Below the pieces are notes generated by a model that saw only the letters and a program-made list of their open reading frames with translations, was not told where the DNA came from and did not search any database. DNA of 64,000 bases from a virus (taxonomy: Duplodnaviria > Caudoviricetes): positions 32,001 through 96,000 of IMG/VR virus record IMGVR_UViG_3300032243_001028; one strand, written 5' to 3'. Position 1 is the stretch's first letter. The number at the start of each line of letters is the position of its first letter. Below are positions 28,432 through 38,278 of this stretch, one piece after another. Both the position numbers and the translations under genes were made by a program.

Positions 28432-31400
28432 ATGTTTGAATCGGAAAACACCCCCACATTCTCTGGTAGGGACGGGTCATTGGCTCTATTTACCTACGAG
28501 AACCGCGGTGTTGTAATTGATACAGATGTCAATCTCGTAGTACAAACTGGCTCCTCGGATAGCATTTCATCTTTTAAAGACTGGCAGCTATCTTCTGAAG
28601 AATTTTCTTCAAATGTCCTAGAGCTAGTGAGCGGAGCTTTTTCTGATCTTAATATGAAGATCTTGGCTTCTGCTAACAGACTTTATACTATCCCTAAAGG
28701 TGCTCAGGCTGAAGCTAAAAAAGCTCTTGACTGGCATAAAGAACATCACCGTGGCGGAACTCCAGTTGGTTTAAATACTGCTCGAATCCTAGCTAGAGGT
28801 GGACAGATAGGCCTACATAAGGTTCGTCATATTGCAAAATACTTTCCCCGTCACGAAGTGGATAAAAGGGGTAAAGGCTGGAAGCCAGGCGAAGATAACT
28901 TTCCAAGCAACGGAAGAATTGCGTGGGCCCTGTGGGGTGGAGACACTGCTTGGAGCTGGGCACGAGCTATTGTTGAGCGTGAAAATAAAGCCTTAACTGC
29001 TGATGGCTACACCGAGTCTGAATATACTTCATATCTTCCAGAACGTGATTATGACGCAGATCTAGAAGATTTTACTAAATCAGTTTATCTAGATCCATCT
29101 ACAGCTCCAGACTTTATTGCCAGAGTTCGAATGGATGGCTCGGGAATTGATCGTTTGTATAAGATTGACTCTAATGGAGATGTCTATGTCTGGGATGATG
29201 GCCAATGGGATGATCTTGGAAATGTAAATGGACTTATCTGGGACTACGATGCAGAACTTGATGCTGATTATGATGAAACAAGTAAAACCCACATCTCTAT
29301 TGACCCCGACTCAGCTATTATTATATCAGCTAGATTGCAGCAAAATCCATATAAATGCGTATCTGTCTCTGACATTGATGCCGATGAAGCAATGCTTGCA
29401 TCAGAGGCTTACCAAGAACTTGATTTAGTTACAATTGACAGATCTCTAACGGCTGCCGGTGAAGATCCTATTGGATCTGATGGGTATACTCCAGACGAAC
29501 GTGCCCAAAATGCCGAACGTCAATCCAGAGATTATGGAGGCAAATTTGCTCCTCAGGGAGGAAATGCTCCAACCGCAACTGCCCAGGGAGCTAAGGCTAT
29601 TGCAGATAGAGGTAAATACAAAACTCCACCTCTAGGAGATTTTTCTCATCCTCTAGATACTTCAGGTATTCTTGGACGTCCACGCTCGCCAATCGATAAG
29701 CCTCAAGCTCACATCAAGGGTGATCTTCCTGCAATGACCTCTAATGATTTACACAATCTACTCTACGATTGGTCTGGCTGGGTGGACTCTCAGCGTGCTG
29801 CAGCTGGCGAAGGCCCTGCTCACGGTATTCAAAGCTCTGCTGCCGAGCCAGAAGAGACTAGTGATGTAGAGTCTTATGATCACCCACTTCTACAAAAGTG
29901 GATTAAATCTGTAAATGAACCTAAAAAAACTCAATCGGAAAACGAAGATAATTCCTGGGCTAAACCTGTAGTTGCTGCTACTGAAGTTGCACCTAAGGAA
30001 AAAGGCGTAGAGATGACTCCAAAGACATCTGACGTCAAGCCTATTTATCTTGCTGTAGTAGCTCAGGATGACCCGCGTGCAGTTTTAAATCTAGTAGCTA
30101 TTGTTCCAGAAAGCTCTACATCACCTAAGCCTATGACTTACATTCGTAAAGAAGGTAAATGGGTTCGTGATCCTAGTGTTCTAAATGATTTTAAATCAGC
30201 AACTCCTCCTCCTGTAGTTCCTTTAGACAAGTCAACTTTAAATGATGTCTTACTTCAAGTAGATGAATCATCTAAACCAGTGACTGCTTCACTACTTTTT
30301 GATGTTGATCTCCTACTTACTGTTCTTTGGGGACCTAACCCTATAGTATCTGCTGGTGGACTAGATCGTAATAAAGGCAAAGCTGAAGAGCTTCGTCACT
30401 ATTGGACCCGCGGTAAAGGCGGTCTAAAAATTCGCTGGGGTACAGCAGGAGACTGGACTCGTTGCGTACGTCATTTAGGTAAGTATCTAGGTCCACGTGC
30501 TAAAGGTTATTGCGCTCTACGTCACAAGGAAATGACCGGCATGTGGACAGGCGATAAAAAGCATCGTCAAATGTACGGTCATAAGCGTGGCGGAAGAAAC
30601 GTTTTTAGTACAGAACTTATTGAATCTACTGACAATATTATTGTTAAATCGGAAGTTGCAGCTAGAGCAGCTGATGCAAAGTTTAGGGTTGGACTTGTTG
30701 CCGCTTCCGGACTCATTACCGAAGGTTTTAAGTTTAAGATTCCTCTAGTTATTCCAGAGGAGCTTGAGTCTGGCGATGGTAGATGCTTTGTTAAAGGTGC
30801 TTTGACTATTCGTGAACTACCTCTCCCACTATTATGGCAAATGAAAACCGCTGAAGGTCACATGGGGTCCGTAGTTGTTGGTCGTATCGATCACATGGAA
30901 CGTACCTCTCAAGGTATTGGAAATGCCTATGGTGTTTTTGATACTGGTGAGTTTGGTAAAGAAGCTCAAAGGCTTGTTGAAAATGGATTTATAAAAGGTG
31001 TATCAGCTGATCTAGATCAGTTTGAAGCAAAAGAGATCAAACCTGAAGCCTCTGAAGGTGAAGAAGATCTAGGAAAGAGCAAACTTTCTATAAATAAAGC
31101 ACGCGTAATGGCTGTTACAATTGTACCTAAGCCAGCATTTCAAGAATGCAAAATACTCGTTGAAACCCCAACAAACATCCAACAGGAGGATACTATGATT
31201 GCCGACGGCATCTATCAGGATGACTCGGACGCTGCAAATGTTCAAGCACTAATTGCTTGCGGCATTATTGCCGGTGCGATCCCAGTCGTTCCGCCTACTG
31301 AATGGTTTAACAACCCGAATCTAACTAAGGCTACTCCTATTACTGTTGATGACAATGGTAGAGTGTTTGGCCATATTGCGGCTTGGAATGTTGATCACAT

Positions 31401-32967
31401 CGGTCTGGCATTTGGAACAAAACCACCCCGCAGCAAGAGTGGATATGCTTACTTCCACACTGGAGTAGTCAGAACCGATTCAGGCAAAGATGTTCCAGTT
31501 GGACAGCTTACCCTTGCTGGCGGACATGCTTCTCTAGAAGCAAGTGCATCTGAAGCAGTTAAACACTATGACGATACCGCATCTGCAATCGCAGATGTAC
31601 ACGCTGGCGAAGATGCTTATGGCATCTGGGTAGCTGGTGGGTTACGTCCTAGCGCACAGCCAGAACAGATTCGTGCACTTCGTGCTTCAGCTCCTTCAGG
31701 TGACTGGAGACCTATTCGTGGTGCCCTAGAGCTTGTTGCTGTTTGTCAAGTAAACGTACCGGGATTCCCTATTGCTCGTGCTCGTGTAGCTTCCGGTGCT
31801 GTTATGGCTTTGGTTGCAGCAGGTGCTTTGCCTTTGGCTAGAATGAAAGCAGATCCAACTGCTGACCTTAGTGCTCGCATCGAGAGACTACAGAATCTAA
31901 ACTTCATTCAATCAACTAAATCAGCGTCTACTTCTAATGAAGATTTTGCAGCAAAGATTGCAGAACTTTCAGCTAGAGTTCGTGATGGTGAGCTAACCTA
32001 TATTTCTCGTGATGAACGTCAAAAATTAGCTAAAGAAGGTAAAGCTCTTCCAGACGGTTCATTCCCTATTCAGAACGTTGAAGATATCCGTGCAGCTATC
32101 CACGCCTATGGTCGCGCAAAAGACAGTCACAAGTCTGATGTTCGTAAGCACATTATCAAGATGGCTGGAAAACTAAACGTTCGCCACCTTATTCCAGAAA
32201 ACTGGAAGCATCAATCGGAAGACGCAGTAACTGCTAGTGCAGAAGAACTACGTAATCGAATTGCTGCTAGGACTCTTTTAGCTAGTGCCAACGAGCTACA
32301 GTCTCGTGTACTTGCTATTAAGGAGAGCCTGGGAAAAGCATTAGCGGCTGATGGATCTGCGCCGGAGGAAGCTCCGGCCCCAGTAAGTGAAGATAACGTA
32401 CCTGTACCTAGTGAAGGTTCAAAAGAAGTTATTGGAAACCCTGAAGAAGAGGGTTTTAAATTCACACCTGGAATCAATCAGCCGCGTGACTACACCGGAC
32501 GTTTTCAAGATGTTTTAGCTCGACTAAAACAAGATCTTGGAACATCCGGTCTTCAAAATGTAGTTAACGAAGTAAGCAAAGTAGAGAAGGTATATAAGAC
32601 TGGAGATTATTCTGAAGCAGCTAAAGCTGGTCAGGGTCTTTTGAACTTGCTTGATCGAATTGATAATAAATCTCTGACCGGACCTTCTTTAGAAAATGTT
32701 CGTGCAGCGTCAAAGGAGTTGGGAGAGGTTATTGGAAATCTACCTCTTCCTTTTGGAGACGAAAACGCCAAACTTAGGTTTAGCGACTTACCTCCTGCCC
32801 TAAAAAACCTTATGACAAATATGGTTGATAGAGTAGGTAAAAAATTAGGTGAAAAAGATGGCAAGCAAGCTACCTCTGACATTGCAGAATTTATGCGTGG
32901 TGGAGACTTGTTTAGTCAGGCAGATATCTCGTCTGTCATGGCTAGAATGCTCAGACTACTAACTTAA
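28432..32967 (+). CDS. Multidomain capsid maturation (prohead) protease
   Basis: Immediately upstream of the major capsid gene. Protease-like region ESGDGR...LPLPLLWQ...GH.GSVVVG...GVSADLD, followed by GRVFGH...HYD...SGDWR...VNVPGFP domain. Accessory head domains RHEVDK..RIAWALWGG, RWG..GDWTRC..HLGKY and ALPDGSFPI. Confidence 0.75.
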   Translation: MFESENTPTFSGRDGSLALFTYENRGVVIDTDVNLVVQTGSSDSISSFKDWQLSSEEFSSNVLELVSGAFSDLNMKILASANRLYTIPKGAQAEAKKALDWHKEHHRGGTPVGLNTARILARGGQIGLHKVRHIAKYFPRHEVDKRGKGWKPGEDNFPSNGRIAWALWGGDTAWSWARAIVERENKALTADGYTESEYTSYLPERDYDADLEDFTKSVYLDPSTAPDFIARVRMDGSGIDRLYKIDSNGDVYVWDDGQWDDLGNVNGLIWDYDAELDADYDETSKTHISIDPDSAIIISARLQQNPYKCVSVSDIDADEAMLASEAYQELDLVTIDRSLTAAGEDPIGSDGYTPDERAQNAERQSRDYGGKFAPQGGNAPTATAQGAKAIADRGKYKTPPLGDFSHPLDTSGILGRPRSPIDKPQAHIKGDLPAMTSNDLHNLLYDWSGWVDSQRAAAGEGPAHGIQSSAAEPEETSDVESYDHPLLQKWIKSVNEPKKTQSENEDNSWAKPVVAATEVAPKEKGVEMTPKTSDVKPIYLAVVAQDDPRAVLNLVAIVPESSTSPKPMTYIRKEGKWVRDPSVLNDFKSATPPPVVPLDKSTLNDVLLQVDESSKPVTASLLFDVDLLLTVLWGPNPIVSAGGLDRNKGKAEELRHYWTRGKGGLKIRWGTAGDWTRCVRHLGKYLGPRAKGYCALRHKEMTGMWTGDKKHRQMYGHKRGGRNVFSTELIESTDNIIVKSEVAARAADAKFRVGLVAASGLITEGFKFKIPLVIPEELESGDGRCFVKGALTIRELPLPLLWQMKTAEGHMGSVVVGRIDHMERTSQGIGNAYGVFDTGEFGKEAQRLVENGFIKGVSADLDQFEAKEIKPEASEGEEDLGKSKLSINKARVMAVTIVPKPAFQECKILVETPTNIQQEDTMIADGIYQDDSDAANVQALIACGIIAGAIPVVPPTEWFNNPNLTKATPITVDDNGRVFGHIAAWNVDHIGLAFGTKPPRSKSGYAYFHTGVVRTDSGKDVPVGQLTLAGGHASLEASASEAVKHYDDTASAIADVHAGEDAYGIWVAGGLRPSAQPEQIRALRASAPSGDWRPIRGALELVAVCQVNVPGFPIARARVASGAVMALVAAGALPLARMKADPTADLSARIERLQNLNFIQSTKSASTSNEDFAAKIAELSARVRDGELTYISRDERQKLAKEGKALPDGSFPIQNVEDIRAAIHAYGRAKDSHKSDVRKHIIKMAGKLNVRHLIPENWKHQSEDAVTASAEELRNRIAARTLLASANELQSRVLAIKESLGKALAADGSAPEEAPAPVSEDNVPVPSEGSKEVIGNPEEEGFKFTPGINQPRDYTGRFQDVLARLKQDLGTSGLQNVVNEVSKVEKVYKTGDYSEAAKAGQGLLNLLDRIDNKSLTGPSLENVRAASKELGEVIGNLPLPFGDENAKLRFSDLPPALKNLMTNMVDRVGKKLGEKDGKQATSDIAEFMRGGDLFSQADISSVMARMLRLLT

Positions 32968-33004
32968 ATAATAAACAAGTAAAAACTAATGTAAAATAAT
33001 AACT

Positions 33005-33112
33005 AGGTGGAGTGCCTTTACGTTTCTATGCGTAATAGTCCCTTTACCTTGAACCGATTAGCATGATGTTCAAAATATGACATCATCAACTGTCCTATTA
33101 AGGAGGAACAGT
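33005..33112 (+). promoter_or_regulatory. Structured 5' leader of the major capsid gene
   Basis: Stems AGGTGGAG/CTTTACCT (inner TTACG/CGTAA), ATGATGT/ACATCAT, and ACTGTCCT/AGGAACAGT covering the RBS and start. Confidence 0.45.
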
Positions 33113-35159
33113 GGACCACATTAAATCACAGGTAGATCGCCTGTCTGAGCTGAACGATGAACAATTGTCAGCTCTTCAGGGTCAGATCATTGGTGAATTT
33201 GAGACGGTCGAAGGCCAAGAGCCTACCGCTGAATCAGTTGACGCTATGACGTCACTTGCCGATATGCTTGATGCCTGCAGAGGCGAATCAAAGCGTCGCG
33301 AGATGGCCGCCCAGGAGCTTGCACAGCAAGCTGCCGAAGCTGCTATGCGCGTTAAGGGCAGTGACGAGGAGAATATGGATGGTGCAATGCCAGCTGAGGA
33401 TACACCTGTAGAGGAAACCCCAGTTGAGGAAGTTCCTGCAGAGGAAGTTCCAGCAACTCCAGAAGAAGCCCCCGTAGAAGGAGAACCTGTAGAAGGTACT
33501 CCTGAAGAAGAAAAGGGCGAGACTCCTGAGGAAGAGGATGACGAGAAGAAGAAGAAGGCAACTGAATCTACTTACTCCACCGAATCTGTCGATGCGTCTG
33601 CTAGTGCGGTAGAAGGTTCTGAACTTTCAACCGATGAAAATCCAACCGTTGAGGTCGTCAAAGACGTCCCAGCAACAGAATCAGAAGAGGCTCCAGTTGA
33701 GGTCGTCGAAGACGTCCCGGCAGAAGTCCCAGCAGAAAACACAGCGTTTTCTACTGAAGAACCACAAACAAAAACTATTGCTCCAGAAGAGCAGGAAGGG
33801 CAGGCCCCAGTGACCGCCACAGCAGAACAGCCTTTCGAGGCTCCAGCTGACCGTCAGCCTGTAGTTCAGGTTTCAGAGCCAGCGCCGGTAACAATTACCG
33901 CTGGTGCTGACATTCCTGGCTACACCGCCGGCAGCGAAATTAAAACCATGCACGAGGTAGCAGTAGCTATGGAGAAGAGACTACACTCTCTTCGTCGTGT
34001 AAATGGAGGAGACGGAGAACAGCACATTGTTGCTTCATTCGCAACTTCATTCCCAGAATCAAGAGTACTAACTACTGATGCAGAGTCAAACATGCTGAAA
34101 ATTTCAGCTGTTGCAGGCCCTGAGGCACTTGTTGCTTCTGGTGGTCACGCAGCACCTTTTGAGGTTAAGTATGACATCTACAGCATCGGTTCTACCAACA
34201 TGCGCCCAGTTCGTGACTCTTTGCCACGTTTCCAGGCTGACCGCGGTGGTATTCGATTCATCACTCCACCAAGCTTGGCTTACGGTTTCAGCAACAACAC
34301 TACAATTGCTACCTCAAGACTAGCTTATGACAACGCTGTTGGCCAGTGGACTGCTGCTACAGACCTAACTCCAGGATCTAACTCAAAGACTAGCTTGACC
34401 GTGACCTCATCTTATGAGAACACTGTAGCTACCTATGCTCAGACCTTGCAGATTAAGTTTGGTAACTTGATGACTCGTGCTTACCCAGAGTTGATTGCTC
34501 GTCACAACGAACTTGCTCTAGTACAGCACGCTCGTGAAGCTGAACAGAACCTTGTTTCAGCTATTGGAACTGCTTCTCTAGCAGTAACCACTAGCAGCGT
34601 TCTTGGTTTTGGCCGTGACTTCTTGCTACAGGCTCGCCGTGCAGCTGTTGGTTACCGCCAGCGTCACCGTCTAGCACCTGACACTCAGCTACAAGCTATT
34701 GTACCTGTTTGGTTCTATGATGCAATGATCGCTGACTTGACTCTAGCTATGCCAGGTGATGGTACTCTAGATTTGTCAAAGTCTGAGATCGATGGTTACT
34801 TGGCAAATGTTAACGTAACAATCACTCCTTACATGGATTCAGATACTAGCTCAAGCAACCTGATCGGTGCTCAGGCTGATGCTAGCGCTGTTAACGCATT
34901 CCCAAACAGTCTAGTTTGGTACCTATTCGCTGAAGGTACATTTATCTTCCTTGATGGCGGTACTCTAGACCTAGGTATCGTTCGTGACAGCACCCTTGTT
35001 GGCACAAACGACTACTTGATGTTCCTAGAAACATTTGAGAACGTCGCAAAGGTTGGTGTTGAGTCTCTCAAGATCACTTCAACCATCAACGTCAACGGTG
35101 CTGCTTCTGCACTCCGTGACACACTTGCTGGTACTGCATCAGCTAACATCGAGTTCTAA
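33111..35159 (+). CDS. Major capsid (hexamer-type) protein with N-terminal acidic scaffold region
   Basis: Strong AAGGAGG RBS, GTG start, biased codon usage. Coiled-coil plus E/P-rich N-terminus, then capsid domain (LVASGG..AP....YD, RPVRDSLP.FQA.RGG, GGTLDLGIVRDSTL..TNDY..F.ETFE) resembling actinobacteriophage cluster-B-like capsids. Confidence 0.88.
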   Translation: MDHIKSQVDRLSELNDEQLSALQGQIIGEFETVEGQEPTAESVDAMTSLADMLDACRGESKRREMAAQELAQQAAEAAMRVKGSDEENMDGAMPAEDTPVEETPVEEVPAEEVPATPEEAPVEGEPVEGTPEEEKGETPEEEDDEKKKKATESTYSTESVDASASAVEGSELSTDENPTVEVVKDVPATESEEAPVEVVEDVPAEVPAENTAFSTEEPQTKTIAPEEQEGQAPVTATAEQPFEAPADRQPVVQVSEPAPVTITAGADIPGYTAGSEIKTMHEVAVAMEKRLHSLRRVNGGDGEQHIVASFATSFPESRVLTTDAESNMLKISAVAGPEALVASGGHAAPFEVKYDIYSIGSTNMRPVRDSLPRFQADRGGIRFITPPSLAYGFSNNTTIATSRLAYDNAVGQWTAATDLTPGSNSKTSLTVTSSYENTVATYAQTLQIKFGNLMTRAYPELIARHNELALVQHAREAEQNLVSAIGTASLAVTTSSVLGFGRDFLLQARRAAVGYRQRHRLAPDTQLQAIVPVWFYDAMIADLTLAMPGDGTLDLSKSEIDGYLANVNVTITPYMDSDTSSSNLIGAQADASAVNAFPNSLVWYLFAEGTFIFLDGGTLDLGIVRDSTLVGTNDYLMFLETFENVAKVGVESLKITSTINVNGAASALRDTLAGTASANIEF

Positions 35160-35167
35160 ACTTGATA

Positions 35168-35208
35168 AGGGGGTGCTCGGAGCTTCGGCTCCGGGCACTC
35201 CACCCCCT
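35168..35208 (+). terminator. GC-rich hairpin with cUUCGg loop after the major capsid gene (no U-tract)
   Basis: GTGCTCGGAGC-TTCG-GCTCCGGGCAC. Confidence 0.65.
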
Positions 35209-35234
35209 AAACTTATAGACTTTAAGGAAAATAA

Positions 35235-36383
35235 ATGGCTTTTGATGGAGCTTTCGGGGCCCCCGCTATTGTACCCTCTGCGTTCGGCCTATTTTCTATA
35301 TTCCCCCCAACTAACCCTACTTCAGGAGAAAAATGGGTTAGAGGATTTGATCAGTGGTGGGACACTACTCCTAGTTACGTTAGAGTACTAGATGCTAACT
35401 ACTCGACTTATACAACTGCTGTAGTTGACTCGAATCCTTCTGTAGCTCTATACAGTCACCATATTCCGTTTTTTATTGAAGTACAGGATGACAGATCTAC
35501 TTTAGGTCTTCTTGGTGAAGAGCGTATGGCCCGTGTTCTACGTCAATTAGAAGGTGTATCTCAGAAAGCTTGTGAACTAGAGCTCTGGGATGGAGCTGTT
35601 GCTTTGCAGGGAACTGGAACAGATCTTGTAAACCCCTATCTTGCAAAAGGATCTAGCGTAACTATTCTTGCTGGAAGAAAATCAGATGGTTCTGTAGCTG
35701 ACCCAGTTGCAGATGGAGCTGCTATTTCTGTTAAGCATGGTGTTGGTGTCCTTGAGTACCAAATCGGTCAGTATTCTTCTGCTGGAGAGCAGGGATGGTT
35801 GCACATGACTCGCGATACCGCAGCAATTTTAAGCTCATACAACCAGATGGTGTTCCACCAACCTGGAGATCTTGGCAGTCAACACTTGCAAACATTTGGT
35901 GGTACCCCCCTAGTGTGTGGTTCCGGTTACTCAGGTAACGGTCCTGTTGTAAACGTAACTAATAAGGCTCTAACAACTAACGTAGCTACTTTAACTACAG
36001 CAAGTAACCACGGTCTAGCTGTAGGAGATACAGTAACAGTTACTGGTGTTGATGCCACATTCAATGGTACCTACACAACAACAACTGGTACCGCTGGAAA
36101 AACTATTAATTATGCTAAAACTGCAACAGATGTTACTTCAGTTGCTACTACAGGCGGAACTGCACAAATGCAGGCTAATAGCCGCTACAAATGGATTTAC
36201 GCATCAGGTGAAGTACGAGTTTATCTCGGCGAAGCTGATCTTGTAAACGATAGTTTAGCCCAGGGCTATGCTGTTGCATCAAATCAAAATGACATGAGAA
36301 TCAAGGCTACCCGCCCTGCTGCGGTTTACTTTGATACATCCATCCACCTAGGTGTCAAGGTTGACTTGACTCTAACTAACTAA
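35235..36383 (+). CDS. Second capsid protein (pentamer-type/minor capsid) with an inserted beta-rich accessory domain
   Basis: Directly follows the major capsid gene. Motifs P..FGL, E.ELW.G, LE, G.LH, T..G..LV.G.GY, WIYASG.V recall the pentamer protein of dual-capsid actinophages. Insert ~35946-36173. Confidence 0.6.
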   Translation: MAFDGAFGAPAIVPSAFGLFSIFPPTNPTSGEKWVRGFDQWWDTTPSYVRVLDANYSTYTTAVVDSNPSVALYSHHIPFFIEVQDDRSTLGLLGEERMARVLRQLEGVSQKACELELWDGAVALQGTGTDLVNPYLAKGSSVTILAGRKSDGSVADPVADGAAISVKHGVGVLEYQIGQYSSAGEQGWLHMTRDTAAILSSYNQMVFHQPGDLGSQHLQTFGGTPLVCGSGYSGNGPVVNVTNKALTTNVATLTTASNHGLAVGDTVTVTGVDATFNGTYTTTTGTAGKTINYAKTATDVTSVATTGGTAQMQANSRYKWIYASGEVRVYLGEADLVNDSLAQGYAVASNQNDMRIKATRPAAVYFDTSIHLGVKVDLTLTN

Positions 36384-36399
36384 CTAAGGAGAATAGCTA

Positions 36400-38265
36400 A
36401 TGGCTACTCAAGAATATGCAGCCAGCATCCAAGGTGTGTCGATCCGTGTCACTCGCTTGGACGCCGCTGGCAAGCTACAAACAGGTCCGGGTGATAGCTA
36501 CACTACGTCAGCTTTCATGCGTCTGTCATTTACCCCAGAGTACGAAGAAGGCGACGAGATCACCGAAAAGGGTGCTAACGGAGCTGTTTGTGTGACTTTT
36601 AAGTCTCCAGACACTTTGAAGCGTATCACCATGGAACTTGCAATTTGTGAGCCAGACCCTGAACTTTCTGCACTTCTTTCAGGTGGTCTATTGCTTCGCA
36701 AGAACGTAGGAACCTTTGCTTCAGCCAACAACCTATCAGTAGGTTGGGCTTCACCTGCAGTTGGCGATGACCCAGCTGGTTTCGGTGTTGCTATCGAAGC
36801 TTGGTCATGGGCCGTCAAGGATGGTAAGCGTGCTGGTACACGTCCTTACTTCCACTGGGTATTCCCATTCGTTAAGCTACGTCAGTCAGGCGACCGTGTA
36901 ATTGAGAATGGTGTTCTTGCTAACACATTCCAGGGTTACGGTCTAGGAAACACTAACTTCCAGTCTGGTATTGATGGTCGTTGGGAGTTCCCAACTGCTG
37001 CTGAACGTCCATATGCATACTCACGTGCTATCTGGGCTCCAGTTGGTCTAAATGGTTTCTACACCTGGAACTACACTGGTGAAGGTGCTTCAGAACTTGG
37101 TACTCCAGAGTACGCAGCTGTTAACTCACTTGATGGTCTTAACTACACAATTAAAGACTATGCAATTACAACAGCAGGTGCAATCACTCTAAACACTGGT
37201 TCTGCCTCAACTAACACTACAGCAAGCCACACTTATAGCGTTGGTGACACTATTACAGTTGCAAATACAGATCTAACGTATGCAGTTACAAACAAGGCTA
37301 TTGCCGTTACAACTACTACTGCATCAAGCAGATCGTATGCAACTGGAACCTCGTTTACAACTATCACTACAGCTGCGGCTCATGGTCTTGTTTCTGGAGA
37401 CAGATTCACGATTAGCGGTTCTAGCAACACGGCGTATAACGGTACTTGGGTAGCAACAACTGGAACTGGTACAACTAGCCTTATCTTTGTAACTGGTAAG
37501 GACCTTGGTGCTATCTCAGATGGAACTGTGACTAACTCTATCGTCACCCTTACAACCAGCGCATCTCACTTGGTTGCTATAGGCGATAAGGTCATTGTTT
37601 CAATTGGTGACCCTGCATTTGATGGTACATACGGTACAGAAAACGGTACTACAGGAACTACTATTAAGTACTTTAAGTCTACTGCTACTGCAGTAACTTC
37701 TGTAGCTGTAAACAGTACTTCTGCTGTAGTAACTAGATCTATCTTCAATGGAACATCTACAGCTCTTACAGGTACTACTGGATCTGCCATTGTTTATGCA
37801 AAGGTAGTTTCAGTAACTAACGGAACTGCTAAAAGTACCACTACAACCCTACCTGCAGTTATTAACTACACTGCAACCGCACATGGTTTGGTTGATGGTC
37901 AGTTAGTTACCACTGCTGGGTTTGCTACAAACACTGCATATAACGTAACTTCCGCACCTGTTACTGTCGTTGATGTTAACACTTTTAGGTTGGTAACAGG
38001 TAACGTTACAGTTACTGATGGTACTTCTGAAACCCTTACAGCTGGTAGCGTTTCAGGTGGTAGCTGGACTGGTGGTCGTGCTCAAGTAGCTCGTGTTTCT
38101 GCAATCACTACTATCAACGTTCCTACTACCTCGGGTGCTTCTGCTTCATCAGCTGCTGCAGGTACTTCAAGTACAACTGGATACAACGTTCCTGGTAGCC
38201 TAACGTTCAACGCTGATCAGCCAGTTGACCGCGTAATCAAGTCAAACGAGGACCCAACCTCTTAA
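36400..38265 (+). CDS. Major tail tube protein with C-terminal accessory beta domains
   Basis: AAGGAG RBS; IRVTRLD..G, YEEGDEIT.K.ANG..CV, C.PDPEL, Y..W.FP motifs; Thr-rich extension; followed by a strong hairpin. Confidence 0.82.
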   Translation: MATQEYAASIQGVSIRVTRLDAAGKLQTGPGDSYTTSAFMRLSFTPEYEEGDEITEKGANGAVCVTFKSPDTLKRITMELAICEPDPELSALLSGGLLLRKNVGTFASANNLSVGWASPAVGDDPAGFGVAIEAWSWAVKDGKRAGTRPYFHWVFPFVKLRQSGDRVIENGVLANTFQGYGLGNTNFQSGIDGRWEFPTAAERPYAYSRAIWAPVGLNGFYTWNYTGEGASELGTPEYAAVNSLDGLNYTIKDYAITTAGAITLNTGSASTNTTASHTYSVGDTITVANTDLTYAVTNKAIAVTTTTASSRSYATGTSFTTITTAAAHGLVSGDRFTISGSSNTAYNGTWVATTGTGTTSLIFVTGKDLGAISDGTVTNSIVTLTTSASHLVAIGDKVIVSIGDPAFDGTYGTENGTTGTTIKYFKSTATAVTSVAVNSTSAVVTRSIFNGTSTALTGTTGSAIVYAKVVSVTNGTAKSTTTTLPAVINYTATAHGLVDGQLVTTAGFATNTAYNVTSAPVTVVDVNTFRLVTGNVTVTDGTSETLTAGSVSGGSWTGGRAQVARVSAITTINVPTTSGASASSAAAGTSSTTGYNVPGSLTFNADQPVDRVIKSNEDPTS

Positions 38266-38278
38266 TAACCACTAAATG

